From: Chrysomallon squamiferum
Lineage: Eukaryota > Animalia > Mollusca
DNA: 64,000 bases
Direction: 5' to 3'
Assembly (NCBI GenBank): GCA_012295275.1
Contig: CM022677.1
Location: 26,226,001 to 26,290,000, forward strand
Both the position numbers and the translations under genes were made by a program. The notes beneath the pieces are model-generated. The model saw nothing but the letters and a program-made list of their open reading frames with translations, did no database searches and had not been told where the DNA came from. Positions within the stretch are counted from its first letter, which is position 1; each line of letters begins with the position of its first letter. Shown here one piece after another: positions 28,631-43,300 of this stretch.

Positions 28631-29082
28631 TATATATATATAGATATAGATATATATATAGATATATATATATATATTTTTGTTAAATATACATATAGAC
28701 ATAATTAAATATCAATTTATTTTTTCTATACAAGTCTGTATAAAATATTATCATTGTGTATGTTTGACAGAAAAGTGCATTACTTATTATTTGCCTCATA
28801 TTAACTGAAAATATATAACTTTTAATTATTGCTAAAGAACTGGATTTCACTTACTTTCCGTTTTTAATGATATTATTAATAAATAAATATTATTTAATGC
28901 TACATATTGTTAGTATATTTGTATGAATAATTTTTTTTGTTTTTAAAAATATATAATTTTATTTATGAACATTATCTATGTTCTATGGTACAGTTAAATT
29001 AAAAGTTATAATACTGAAAAGTTGAATAGAATATATACTTTAGTTTTTATTACATTCTCAAATGTGTATGTATGTATGTATC

Positions 29083-29172
<90 letters not shown>

Positions 29173-31082
29173 TATATACATATAAATATATATATATATA
29201 TATACACACACATATATATATATATTAAACTTGTTTTGAATTGACATCTTCTGTTTGACTTAGCCCATAAAAAAAAATCTTATTTTAAATTCATTATATT
29301 TCCATTTTCTGTTGAAAGACATAAACACAATCAAAATGACTGATACGCTAAATTTGTTACTTTCAGATGAAAGCAGACTTCTGGTGCGAAAGAAACGAGC
29401 CTTTGTGAGTTTGATAAATATTAATTTTGTCTAATTAGACTGCGTGCTTTAAATCAGGTTTATTTATGCGTAAACATCAACAGTTACACAAGCTTTGAAC
29501 ATAAACGGTACAGGTAGAGTCCACGATTTTATAAAGGGAGGGTAGTTGTATACTTCAAAGTGAAATCGTGAATATACCAGGCAGGGGAGGACAGGGCAAG
29601 GTGTGCTACCCCTCCCCGGTCTATCTGAGTAAATGTGACTCACACGTGCTGAAATCTACCGATTCTTTTAAGCATACATTTAATTATTGATGCAGTGCTT
29701 TGACGAAAAGTACAAAGTTTGTGATCTTAGGCAGACAGGTTTGTGAATTTCCTTTGAACTCACTGTTTAGATTATCCTGAAATCAAATGCGATGCATGAT
29801 AATTAGTACACGCAGGTTTCAGTGTATCATTTTGGTTTCAGTAACTGTCAGTAAAGAGGCACTGATCTCATTAACCACGAATGGTCGGCGAGGAGTGTGT
29901 TCTGCCACAGCACCACGCATATTACCGCTCCACGGCTGTCGCGTTTTGGTGCCATTACATGTCAGTTCAGAATGAGGAAAAGTTTTTATCATGCAATAAA
30001 ACAAAATGAATTGCAAGCAATAAATATATGTTGGTGCGAGTGTTATTGCCATTTCCACTTCTGGCACATCTTATCCGAAACTGGTACAACTTACTCCATA
30101 GAGTATGTTGTGCTGCAGGGAAAGTTGTGCTGCAGGGTATGTTGTGCTGCAGGGTATGTTGTGCTGCAGGGTATGTTGTGCTACTTTCTACCCTCTCTCC
30201 ACACTATTATCCGAAATTCTGTGGTGTTAATATTGCCCATATATGTATGAACACGATCTTGTTCTTTGAGGCTCACGTTTCATTTTTGTGAAGATATCGA
30301 TACCTTGGACTGCACGTCAACTTAACTGGAAATGGCTCATCCTCCTATCCATGATCTTAGTTTTTATTTATTTAGTATTTATTATTATTATTATTATTTT
30401 AATATCTTAAAATATGTTACATCTTCACTAGATATACAAAAACAGAAAACAAATAAAAAAAATTAGAATATTAAAAAGAGAAATAAAAATAGAATAGAAC
30501 AGAATAAAACAAATAAATGGATAATTAAAAGAAAAATAAATGATAGCAGGTAATCTATAAAACTAAAATCGAAAGGTAAATAAAATGAATATGAAGATAT
30601 GAACGTATACGGTTACCTATAAACATGAATATGTATTTGTGATTATAAAGCCATGTTTAACTGTGTGTATGCTATGTGCTTAAATTTAATTTTTTATTTG
30701 TTGCAGACTTGCTCGGATTACCCGTCCACACATACCATGTGTCTTCAAGACAGAGGGGTGATCCAGCAGTTAACCGAGGCAGAAAAACAAGCTTTCTTAG
30801 ACAGACACAATGAACTAAGAAATGGCGTCAGTCCTCCGGCTGCCAGTATGCAGAAGATGGTACATTATTGTTATTGTTGTTATTACTACTAGTACTAATA
30901 GTGATAGCGCTGGTTAGATACTCTTAATAGAAGTTTTGTAGTTATTGCTGTAGTAATGGTACTATCTGTAGTGGATTGTAATAGTAGTGGTAACATTAGC
31001 AGTTAGGGTAGTATTAATAGCAGTGATAAACTAGAGTTGGACTTCTTTTTTAAATTTTAACCAAACAAATACACGAGTTACA

Positions 31083-31129
<47 letters not shown>

Positions 31130-31491
31130 AAAAAAAAAAAACATAAAAATAGAAAAGAAATAAAACCTATTTCCTCTCGACATGCGCAGAAAAATGTTAC
31201 GTTTGCACTTTTTATCTCTGTATTTTGTCTGCATGACAGATTTTGTTTATTTTCATTAATACCTGAGAGATTTCGGACTGTCACTGAGGAAACGAAAAGA
31301 AAACAACAATAATAATTAAAAAATACAGAGTACACAATTTTTTGATAACTGCATATGTGGTTTGGATATAGCAATCTATTCTCGAGTAATTTTTGTTTTA
31401 TTTTCACAATTGTAATTCGAACTAATCTTGTTTTTAATTGCTCGTTTATTATTTTGCAATGCTTAGTTAGTTCATAACTAAACTTCGGACG

Positions 31492-31541
<50 letters not shown>

Positions 31542-34453
31542 TAGTATTTGTTTATTAACAATCACTACGCAATAAATTTCCTCCAAATTCACCAATACGA
31601 ATATTACGATTTTTTTAATTTCAAAGTTTATTATTGAGTTATTGTTGTTATGACTATTAACATTTTTATTAACACATTCTTTTTTTTTTTATTATGCAAA
31701 TTTAACTTTAATAACTAGCAGTCTATTAGCAATGTAAATTTAATTATATTGTATAATTCAGTGATAATCTAAATGTATTAAATGTTTGCTATTTATTTAC
31801 TTTAGTATTGGGATGATGAACTTGCCGCAATTGCAGAAAAATGGGCTGCTCATTGTAGAATAGAGAACAACAATTTTACAAACCGTGCTGCTAACAGTAT
31901 GTATAGATTACTTCAAACCACAGGAAACTTATGACAGTACAAATTTATAAACAAATATGTACAGGCAGGCAGACAGACACACACACATACATACATCCAC
32001 ATATATATATATATGTATAATTTGAACAATTTGTTTATATAAGTATATTAGTATTAAATCATGATTATATCTGTATGCATGTGTGTGTGTGTGTATTTTT
32101 TATTTTTTTGCTGGAACTAGTTTTTGAATAAACTGTTCAAATTACCTTGTTACAGTTATTTACTCTAGTAGAGAAAAAAAAAAAAAAATAATAATAATAA
32201 TAATAATAACAATAATGGCTTCCAAATATTTTCATACTGTTTTCTTTAGTATTATTCTTTCTTATTGCAAAAGGCTAAAAACAGAAAGATCTGTAATCGT
32301 AACTTATGATAAATTAGAATTTAATAACTTACGGAGAGCTAAAAAATAAAAGAAAAGATGGAGAGCTAAAAGAAAAAGAAAAATAGCTGTGAAATACATT
32401 TGTTCACAACACCAATAAATACATGTACAAAAATGATGAAAATGTTAGTGATCTTTTCTGTGATAATTAATTTGAGATCAGTAAACAAATAAATATACAG
32501 AATGATGAAAACATTATTGATGATTATTGCTGTAACTAATCAAATTTACCTAATCAATTAAATTTAGTGTGTTGATCATGTTAATGATACTTTTTTACTC
32601 TTAGCTGATTTAAGATCATGATAAATAAATCAATAGAATGTTGATAATGAAGGTGGTCATTGCTGGAACTATAATTCAATAAATACAATGATAATATTAA
32701 TGATATGCTTTTTTATCTCAGCTAATTTAAGGTCAGTATTGGATTATAATTAAATACAATGATTAAATAAATACAATGATGTTTTATATGAGTAATAATT
32801 TTGTTTTAGGTCTCCCTAATGTATATATTGGTCAGAATTCGGCTCAAAACATAATTGATGTTGCTGCAATTAATGCCTGGTATGATGAGGTGAAGAATTT
32901 TCAGTTTGGTGTTGGCAGCACTGGTGGTCAGGTTTCCACCTACACTCAGGTAAGTTACCAGTAATTGGAAAATTTGTAATCAGTTACTGAACTAGAATTC
33001 AATGCAGTGATAAATTTGGTGGAGTAACTTCTCACCAGACTCAGGTAAATTATTAATATTCAGTAAATTTGTAATGATTTATTTTTTACAGATTGCTTGG
33101 AATATAACTGCAAGAATTGGTTGTGGAAAAGCAGACTGTACTAACACTGGAAATGGACGTTTTTTTATTTGTAACTATGCAGTGGGGTAGGTGCTTTTTA
33201 ATTATGATTTTATTAGATACATTAAATTTTAATATAATTTACTTTCATCTAGTTTCCAGTTTCCATATTTCCAATTTCTTTTTCAGTATTTATTTACATT
33301 TATAATTACTGTTAACTTTTTTTGTTTATCTTCAGTATTTGAAATAGCACTTTATTACTTAAATCAATGTAAAGTAATATTTTATTTTGCATTTAATTCA
33401 TAATTATGTTTCAAGAAATTCAAGTGACAGTGAGCACTTTGCATGATTCATATATCTGTCTATATAGTCTACAACATCCTCAGATGACAATTTGAATGAC
33501 TATAGTTTTGGAGTCTGCTGTTTAAAGTGATATACCATTCTTGAATTTACTGAGAGTAATTAGTTAGTAAATTTATTTTGAAAATTGATATCCATTACAA
33601 TGAGTAGTTTATATAATATAATACTATAATAATATAACACTATACATTAAAAAGAGTTTGATAATATAATTTGATTACACCAACTGGTACAACAAAAATA
33701 ATATAATAATGTTATTAATAAGGTCAAAATATAAAGTTAGGTTTTTGTTCATTTATCAATTTGAATTTAGTGACTATAAAATTATTTTTTAACCACTAAA
33801 ATCTCACATCTTGGTTTCGTTTAATTTTTGTGATTCTTTCTTATGTCACATAAACAGAAATTCATGCATGTACCATGTCATTCTTTAATTTAATGTCTGA
33901 TTACTGTTCTGGGTTCATTTTGTTATTATTATTAATATTTTATTTTATTTTATTTTAATTTATTATATTTTATTTTATTTTATTTTATTTTATTTTATTT
34001 TATTTTATTTTAATTTATTATATTTCATTTCATTTTATTTTATTTTATTTTAATTTATTATATTTTATTTTATTTTATTTTATTTTTTTTTTTTGTCTGT
34101 TGTGTATATTTTAAAACAACAGTCCTAGATATTATGGGACAGAAGGTTTTAGCTAGGAGTTACCAGTATTTTCAAATGCTTTTCATAGTTCATGGATCTG
34201 ATCAATGTCTTTGCTTCATTGTTTGCTATAGGAGACTTTAAGGAGGTTATACAATATGTTTGGTGTTAAGTTGTAATGGAAGATAATGACAGTTTTTGAT
34301 TTTCATATTACTGTTAATAAATGTGATGTATTTTGCCATTCATTTTCATTTATTTTATGTGTGTATTTCATTTTAGTTTATTATTATTATTTTTTTTGTT
34401 ATTATTATCATTATTATTATTATTATTATTAATCACTATTATTATTACTATTA

Positions 34454-34490
<37 letters not shown>

Positions 34491-35204
34491 TACTATTATT
34501 ATTAATTACTATTATTATTATTATTATTACTATTATTATTACTATTATTATTATTACTATTATTATTATTGTTATTATTATTATTATTGTTATTTATCAG
34601 TCAAGGTAATAGAAACTCTTACATACCTTACTGTACTGGATCAGGCTGTAACACTTGTCCTGCACTCAACAGACAGGGAAACCTCTGTGGTAAGTGTTTC
34701 TTTTTATACTGTGTTTTTCAAGTAACCATCAGGTTTTTATAAACACTATTCTATATATCAGTTTTTTAAATTTAATATACATTGATAATTACTTTTTACC
34801 TGACTGAAAGAAGATAATTTATTACCTGTTAATCAGTAGTTATCAACTGATGTTAATAAATTTCAGTTATATAATCTAACTCTAGGCAGATATACCAATA
34901 GACTAAATCTTTAATTAATTTTAAACCTTAGTAAATTTCAAGAATTAGGTTGATATTTGTAGGTTTCTTCACTTGAAGCTTGGCAGCAAATTTTCTTCAA
35001 AGAGTTTCATGAATTAGTATACACACACACACACACCAAAGAAACATGTGTTTAAAAAATACATTAAAAATATAAAATTGTTTTTTGTCCAAGGTTAAAT
35101 AATTTTGCAGAAATTTTTTTTTTAGAAATGTAGATCCAAAACCCCCCAAAACCCAACATTTCTAAAATTTAATTAAATTTCCTAGTTCTAACTTTTCTTG
35201 TAAG

Positions 35205-35247
<43 letters not shown>

Positions 35248-35513
35248 CTGCAAAATTATTTAACCTTGGACAAAAAATAATTTTATATTTTTAATGTATT
35301 TTTTAAACATGTTTCTTTGGTGTGTGTGTGTATACTAATTCATGAAACTCTTTGAAGAAAATTTTAAACTATTTAATACAGTTATAAATGATATATAATG
35401 TTAATATATAATAAGCACATTTTGTATGTGGGAAACTGTGTATGTGTTTGTAAAATATTAATATAAAGACTTATGAATAATTACAATGAATATTGCTTTT
35501 TCCTGACATGGTT

Positions 35514-35545
<32 letters not shown>

Positions 35546-38500
35546 GGGTCTGTTATGTATGTATATGTATATTTTGTCATGGTTTTTATATCTATATATT
35601 TGTCATAAATTATTTGTCATTAATGGCATAATGAACGATGAATAATTTACACTGAATAATGCTAACCATGTTTTTATTTTTCTAGACTGTAAAGGTAAAG
35701 TGTGTTTCAATGGAGGCACGTTTGACATAACAACTTGTTCTTGTCGCTGTTACAACTTGTATTCTGGGGATCAGTGTGAGACCAGTAAGTTGTAATTAGT
35801 TTTATTTTATTAATTGTTAAAAATTAATTCAAAAAAGAAAGAAAAGCATTATGCTATCTAGAAAATGGAATCTTATTCTTTATGCTTCATAGTCAGATAA
35901 TATCTTATGATGTAACTGACCTTTATATTTTAAATATATTTGTGTTTGTTGCTTATTTTTTTGATAAAATTTCTAAAGAATATAATGTTTTAAAAAGGAT
36001 TTAAAAAAAGAATTAAATAAATAAAAATTAAAAAATTAAATATATATATATATATATATATAGACAGACAGATAGATAGATAGATAGATAGATAATTATA
36101 ACAATATATAAAATAAAACTATAAAACTACTTATAATTACAATTAAAAGAAAGAATTAAAACAAAGTAAAAAACTAAAACTAAAACTGCAGTGTTAATAA
36201 ATTAATACAGATAATAATATAATTTAATTTTTTGATTGCAGAAAACTGTCCAGCTAGAAACAATGATCCATCGTATTGTCTTCAACAACAGAATGCACAA
36301 AACTGTGTAAACTTTGCTAACTGGAAGCACGACAGTTGTCCATTCTTTTGTGGCAACTGTAAAGAAAGTAAGTTATTTGAAAAAGTAAATATTACTAGTA
36401 TCAGTGTCTGTAAAAATGACAACATTCAAATGATTTTAATTTCAGTGTTATTAAAACAGTCATCCTAATATTAACTTACTTTGTGATAGTAATACTACTT
36501 TAAATAATACAAGCATGATGAAAATATTAATTTTTATTTTTTAATGTTTTCATCATGTTGCAAGTAATATTTAAAGTAATATTAGTAACATTCTTTTATT
36601 GATTTTTTTTTATCCTGTTGATTATTGTAGAGAAAGTAAACTAATACTAGTGTCATTTCTTTATTGCAACATTTTGATTATTTATTAATATTAATCTTAA
36701 TCAGGATTGGTAACTAGAGAGAGAGTAAATGTTAATAACAGTAGAGAAAGTAATTACTGAGAAAGTAAGTATTGTTAATTGAATTGGTAACTAGAGGAAG
36801 AAAGTATTATTAAAGAAATTTTTTTAAAGAAATTTTTTGGTAATTAAAGAAAGTGTTAATCATGTTGGTAAATGGTATTAAAAAGAAATATGGAAAAGAA
36901 AATGTAATTTACAGAAAACTGTAACTATTGTTAAATGGAAATGGTAATTAAAAGAAATATGTAATATTAAAGATAGTATAACTATGGAGAAAGTAAGTAT
37001 TGTTAACTGGAAATGGAAATTAAAAGAAATATGTGTTAGTAAAGACAGTATAACTATGGAGAAAGTAAGTTTGGTTAACTGGAAATGGTAATTAAAAGAA
37101 ATATGTGTTAGTAAAGATAGTATAACTATGGAGAAAGTAACTATTGTTAACTGGAAATGGTAATTAAAAGAAATATGTATTATTAAAGAAAGTGTAACTA
37201 TTGAGACATCAAGTATTATTTATTCAGTTGGTAACTAGAGAAATAAAGTATTGTTAGAGAAAAGTTTGTAACTTGAGAATCTAGACATTGTGTTTGTGTT
37301 GGATGTGATGTTTTATCATGGTAACTAATAAAAGTGTTTGTTATTTCAGAGTGTTTGTCAGAGTAAGAAGAATCTAGACATTGTGTTTGTGTTGGATGTT
37401 ATGTTTTATTGTGGTAACTAATAAAAGTGTTTGTTATTTCAGAGTGTAAGAAGAATCTAGACATTGTGTTTGTGTTGGATGGATCCCAGACTGTCAATAA
37501 AAGTGTTTGTTATTTTCAAACTGGCAAAAAGAATTAAATTGTGTTTGTGTTGGATGGATCCCAGACTGTCACATTTACAAACTGGCAAAAGATTAAATCG
37601 GCTGTTTCACAGTTTGTCTCTATAACTAAAGGAACTGCAGCTACTTCCAGATTTGGTGTTGTGGTGTTTGGTACCACTGCCCAAGCAGCTATTGAGCTCA
37701 CTAATGACCAGAATGTAGCCAGTCGTATCAATGCTCTTTCCTATCCAGGTGGAGTCTCAAATGCACATCTCGGGATTAACGAAGCAAAGGCCATGTTGGA
37801 CAGAGGGTTTGTCAGTGGAAATCAACGAATAATAATTTTTGTAACTGATGGTATTTCAACATCACCCACTGAAACTGCTACTGCTGCATCCATAGCAAGG
37901 AATGCTGGGATATCAATGTTTGCTGTGGGTGTCAGGCCATCATCATTGTCTCTGCAGAACTTCCAGGCAGAACTGAGTCAGATTGCTTCTAGCCAGAATA
38001 ACATTAACATTAAGACAACCTTTGATGATTTGCCTTCAGGAGTCTTGAAGTACCAGGCTGTAATCTGTGATGCTCCATGTGAGTGTCTGTCTGTCTGTAG
38101 ATCTGTCTGTAGATCTGTCTGACTATCTCATTTCTGTTTGTCTGATTCTGACTGTCTGTTTATCTCTCTCTCTCTCAGAGCACATCCAGAACACACCAAC
38201 ACATACACAGATATGCACACACACAACAACACACACACACACACATACACACATATGTCCTTCTGTGCTTAATGTTTTCCAATTTCCTTTATTTCTGGCT
38301 TTGTTTGTTGCTTTCTTTGCTGACTGAGTTGTTGTGTAATTTCAGTGGATGGTAAATGGAACAGCTGGGTGGATCAGTCAGTGGGTGGCTGCAGTGTGAC
38401 ATGTGGCTCTGGTTTACAGTCGGCTTTTCAGAGGCGATTTTGTAACAACCCAGCACCACAAAATGGAGGAAGTCCCTGTTATGGCATTGAGACGCAGAAC

Positions 38501-40310
38501 ATCACCAGAGTTTGTAATATGCCTGCATGTAGTAACAGTAAGAATTGACCATTTATAATTACACTCATTTTCTATATCATACAAAAAAAAAAAACACTCT
38601 GTATAGAACACAGACACACCATACAGTAGTTTGTAATAGATCTGCATATAATAGTTTATATCAACCATTTATAATTTCACTCATTTTCTATATCATACAA
38701 AAACCAACACTATATAGATCATAGACACACCATACAAAATAGTTTTTAATAGATCTGCATATAATAGTTTATATCAACCATTTATAATTTCACTCATTTT
38801 CTATATCATACAAAAAACCAACACTATGTAGATCATAGACACATCAGACAATAGTTTGTAATAGATCTGCATATAATAGTTTGTATCGACCATTTATAAT
38901 TTCACTCATTTTCTCTATAATTCCAAAATTCAACATACTTGCTGCTGTTCTGTATAGAACACACCATACAATAGTTTCTAATAGATCTGCAAGTAATATT
39001 ATCAGAGGTCTCGCTACATACTGTAAGAGATGGTGGGCCTGCCATCACTTACTGCTTACAACAAGTTCACCTGCCATTCGTCAGCAGTTTATTTAGACTG
39101 ACTGTCATGCCACTATTTTGCACTTTTGAGATCAGCAGTTCATGTGTCTTGTCCATAAACAAAATAGATCTAATCCAAAGTGACGAATGTCATATTTACA
39201 AATTACCTTCTCTGGCATTTCAAAGGGATGCAATCCAATTCCTCTGCTACTTATGATGCCTGTGTAATCAAGGTTACTGTAGCAGACACTGTGGCCAAAT
39301 TATTGCACATGAATTTCACTGACAAGTTGATATCTGTCTGCTGTCTATATGCTTATCAACATATAAAATCTGGTGTTTTTCTTTTACAAGTTGATATCTG
39401 TCTACTGTCTATATCCATATCAACATATAAAATCTGGGGTTTTTCTTTTACAAGTTGATGGAGGGTGGAGTAGGTGGGAAACCCAAAGCTCTGGTAAGTG
39501 CAGTGTGACTTGTGGGAGAGGAACAACCTGGGTGTTTATGAGACGTGTCTGCAACAATCCTGTACCTCAGGGTTCTGGGAAGACCTGTGAATGTTACTTA
39601 AAACAGTATCAAAATTTGTTATGCAAGAGGAAGGGAACATTTAGTTTATAAAATCTAAATTATATATTCAATTATACAATTTGTGTTTGTTTGTTTATTG
39701 TTTCTCAATGTTAATACAATTATAGTAAGTCAATAAAAGCAACATTTGAAAAATTGTGTTAATAAATTTGCAGTGGCAGTAAATGGAGGCTGGACAGCTT
39801 GGGTAGCACAACCAGCAACTTGTCAACAGAACTGTAGGCGGACTGTTACCTACACCAGAACTTGTACAAACCCTCCACCCTCGGGAGGTGGACAGCCCTG
39901 CCCAGGAGACACAACAAAGACAGTCAATGAGGCATGCAGTGGAGATCTGTGTCCTGTTGCAGGTAAGGGGAAAATGTTTGATTTTTAAAAGTTTACTTTA
40001 GTCAGTGGTTTTGAAATTTATATTCTGCTGCATGTAAGAAAGCCTTGAGTTTGTAAATGCTACTTAAAACAGTATCAAAATTTGTTATGCAAGAGGAAAG
40101 GAACATATAGTTTATAAAATCTAAATTATATATTAAATTATACAATTTGTTTTTGTTTTTTTGGATACACTTGTATATTGTTTCTCAATATTAATGCAGT
40201 TTCTGTCTTTGTTATGGTTACAGTTGTTTATTCAGAAATGTTATTTATATGTGTTTATGCATGAATACAAAAATATATGAATTTAGTTTTTCAGAACGAT
40301 AATTCAGTTT

Positions 40311-40356
<46 letters not shown>

Positions 40357-43300
40357 ATAGAACTGTATATTATTTCATAATGATATATAGCCTGTATATT
40401 TGTATGGATACAACTGTACATTATATCAGAATGTTTATGTTATTTATGCATTTGTCTGGGTAAAATTGTATATTATTTCAGAGAAATGTTATTTATATTG
40501 GTGTTTGCATGAATACAAAAGTATATGAATTAATCTTTTTACTTTTAATGTTATTATTTATTTCCATTTACTTTTTCATTTTCTTTTTCTTATTATTTTT
40601 GTTTTCTACTTTTTATTATTATTATTTCATCTTCCTTTTTTTGTTGTTGTTGCTATTGTTATTTATTATTATATTTTATTTTATATATCATTTGTATGTA
40701 ACACTGTGTGTTAGTTTTTAAATTCATTTGACTGAAAAACAATTAATTATAATTTAAAATAAATTTATATATAATTATATGTGGGTGTGTGTTTGTGTTT
40801 GTGTTTCTCTGTGTATTTATAGTTTTCTAGTTTTTATAAAAACTGTTGTAATTAAATTATTATTATTATTATTGTCAAAGAATCCACCCAATCAAACACT
40901 CTGCATTAATAACAATTTTGATAGTATTTTTTTCAGCATCTTGTCAGACATTTTGAGTAAATGATCTAAAGTCAGCGCCTGATTCCAGACATACAAAAAT
41001 TCCAGATATATAAAACTTGGAGGTTACCTTTAAAAAATATTAACTTCATCTGTAATGAATTTCATGATATAATTATTTTGATTTTGAAAACACTATTGTG
41101 TTGGTTCTGAAGATGATGCATAAATTGACAGCTGCCAATGTATTGTTTTTGTGTCCTTTGAAGACTGAATAACACACACACATATATTATTTTTTAATTA
41201 TTTTTTTTCAGCCTGTCCTTATGACATCATTTTCGTCATTGATGAATCTGAGCTGATGCGTTCTTCGGGATTCACAGTAAATGGAAAAATTGGGTTCAAA
41301 AGAATCAATGATCAAATCATAGCATATCTGCAAGAAATGTCCAAGGCAAAGGTATTAGCCAAAGTAGGATACATTGGGATTGGATTAGACTTTTTGAATC
41401 GTAAAGCAGCTCGTGAGATTATTGCTCCCACTACTGACATTGAAAAAGTTATAGAAGATATAAAGAAAATCACACATCAAGACATATCTTTGGTTTGGAC
41501 TCAAGTAATGAAAAGTCTCCCCAGTCTAATTCCAAAAGGTAATATTATATTGCTGTAGGAGAACCTGTCCTGAATTATTTTTTTAAATAGAGAGTCACAC
41601 ATTTAACATCACAAACTGATGTTTTATAATCAAAAGTATTATCAGGGCCTGTAAATGTACTTGGTTATTTTACTGTTTATGAAGGTTAAATTACAAAATG
41701 GAAATACATTTTCATCTCAGGAGGATATTTAGGAATAAATATTGAATCTAACTGTAATGGAATATTAAATTAAATCTCTTAGGAGAAAACCAAAGACAGT
41801 GCTAAGTGGAAAGACATCTGTGTAATATTTCTATGAAAGTAAACAGATCTCATTAACTCAGAGCTTGAAAATGAAATTAGTGGTAGATTTTATTTATTTT
41901 TAAATTAAGTATTATTCACAAATCATTGTAGAAAGTAGAACACTGTCATGAATTCTTCTTAAGTTCTAAAATAATGTTTTTGTTGTTTAATGATTTTTTA
42001 GGTTCAAATGTTGTTATAATGGCTGCCACAGAAGTTTCTTCTAGCAACAGGCAGGCTGTAAGCACCACAATTAATGGCATTGATGCTGAGTTTTATGCCA
42101 TTGGTCTTCCATTCAAGGTAGTTCTGTCTAATGCAGGACTGCTACCACTGACACATAATAAAAACGAAAATGTGAAAATTTTGACAACATTTGATGATAC
42201 ATCAATTATAAATCAGCTCAAACTGTTTTTGCCAACTAAGTGTCCCAAAGGTTAGTTTGATATATTATTATTATTTTCTTATATTGTTATTATTATTCTG
42301 TGGGAAGGAAATATTGTTATTCTTCTTGATTAGTTTTCATCTTTCTTGCTTGTCTAGTATAGAGAACCACACATACACACAACTATACATACGTATGCAC
42401 ATGTTTACATTCATATGAAAGTACATAAATATGTAAATTAAATGGTAATTTAATATAATGTTCTTCTTATTTCATTTTTGAGCATTTAAGTATTAATTTG
42501 TTTTATTTTTATTTTTTACAACTATTTTTCAGCTGTTTCTGCAAGTAAGATAATTTTACTTTTTTTAATTACTCTTTAAATTTATACATATAAATCGTTT
42601 AAAAATGAATAGAGTTTTAGACAGTTCTTATTTCTTATTTAAGCTTTTTCATTCATTCATATAAATATTAAAAGATAAAATCCTTTGATAAATAAGTAAT
42701 TAAATACTTTCTTCTTTTTTTATTTATTTAGTCTTTTTTTTTTTGACTGTATTTACATTTAGCAATGACTGCATCTTTTTGAATGTCAGTTTATAACAGT
42801 ATTATTATTACTATTGTTGTTATTGCTATTATTGTTATTATTTATGCTATGTAACTTCCAACCAGTAATCCTCATATTGTTCATTTATTGACAGTTTGTA
42901 GCAATGTCATGGATGTTGTTGTTGTTGTTGATGGCTCATTCAGCATTGGAGAAAGTACCTTTAACAACGAACTTAAAAACACCTTGATTGGCCTCACTGA
43001 TAACCTGTTTGGTTTGGGCAGAGACTTGAAGATTGGATTAGTTCTCTACAGTCATCAAGTAGATGCTGTTATTGATCTGAACAGTAATAAAACAGAAATT
43101 AAATCAAACATTGCAAATTTCAAGTATCCTAATGGTGCAACATGGACACACATTGGAATAAAAGCTGCCAGAGAGAATTTCATCAAACTAGGTAGAAAAA
43201 ATTCTACAAAGGTATGTATTCATTGTGTTTCAGATGTATTTCTTAACCTTAACCTCTTAACCTTACAGCTTCATTCCATTATTTTCCATTATGAAAAAAG

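Noticed and set aside
38881-39458. ORFs at 38881 and 39180
   Set aside because: Partly tandem-repeat derived, with no motifs or compatible splice sites.
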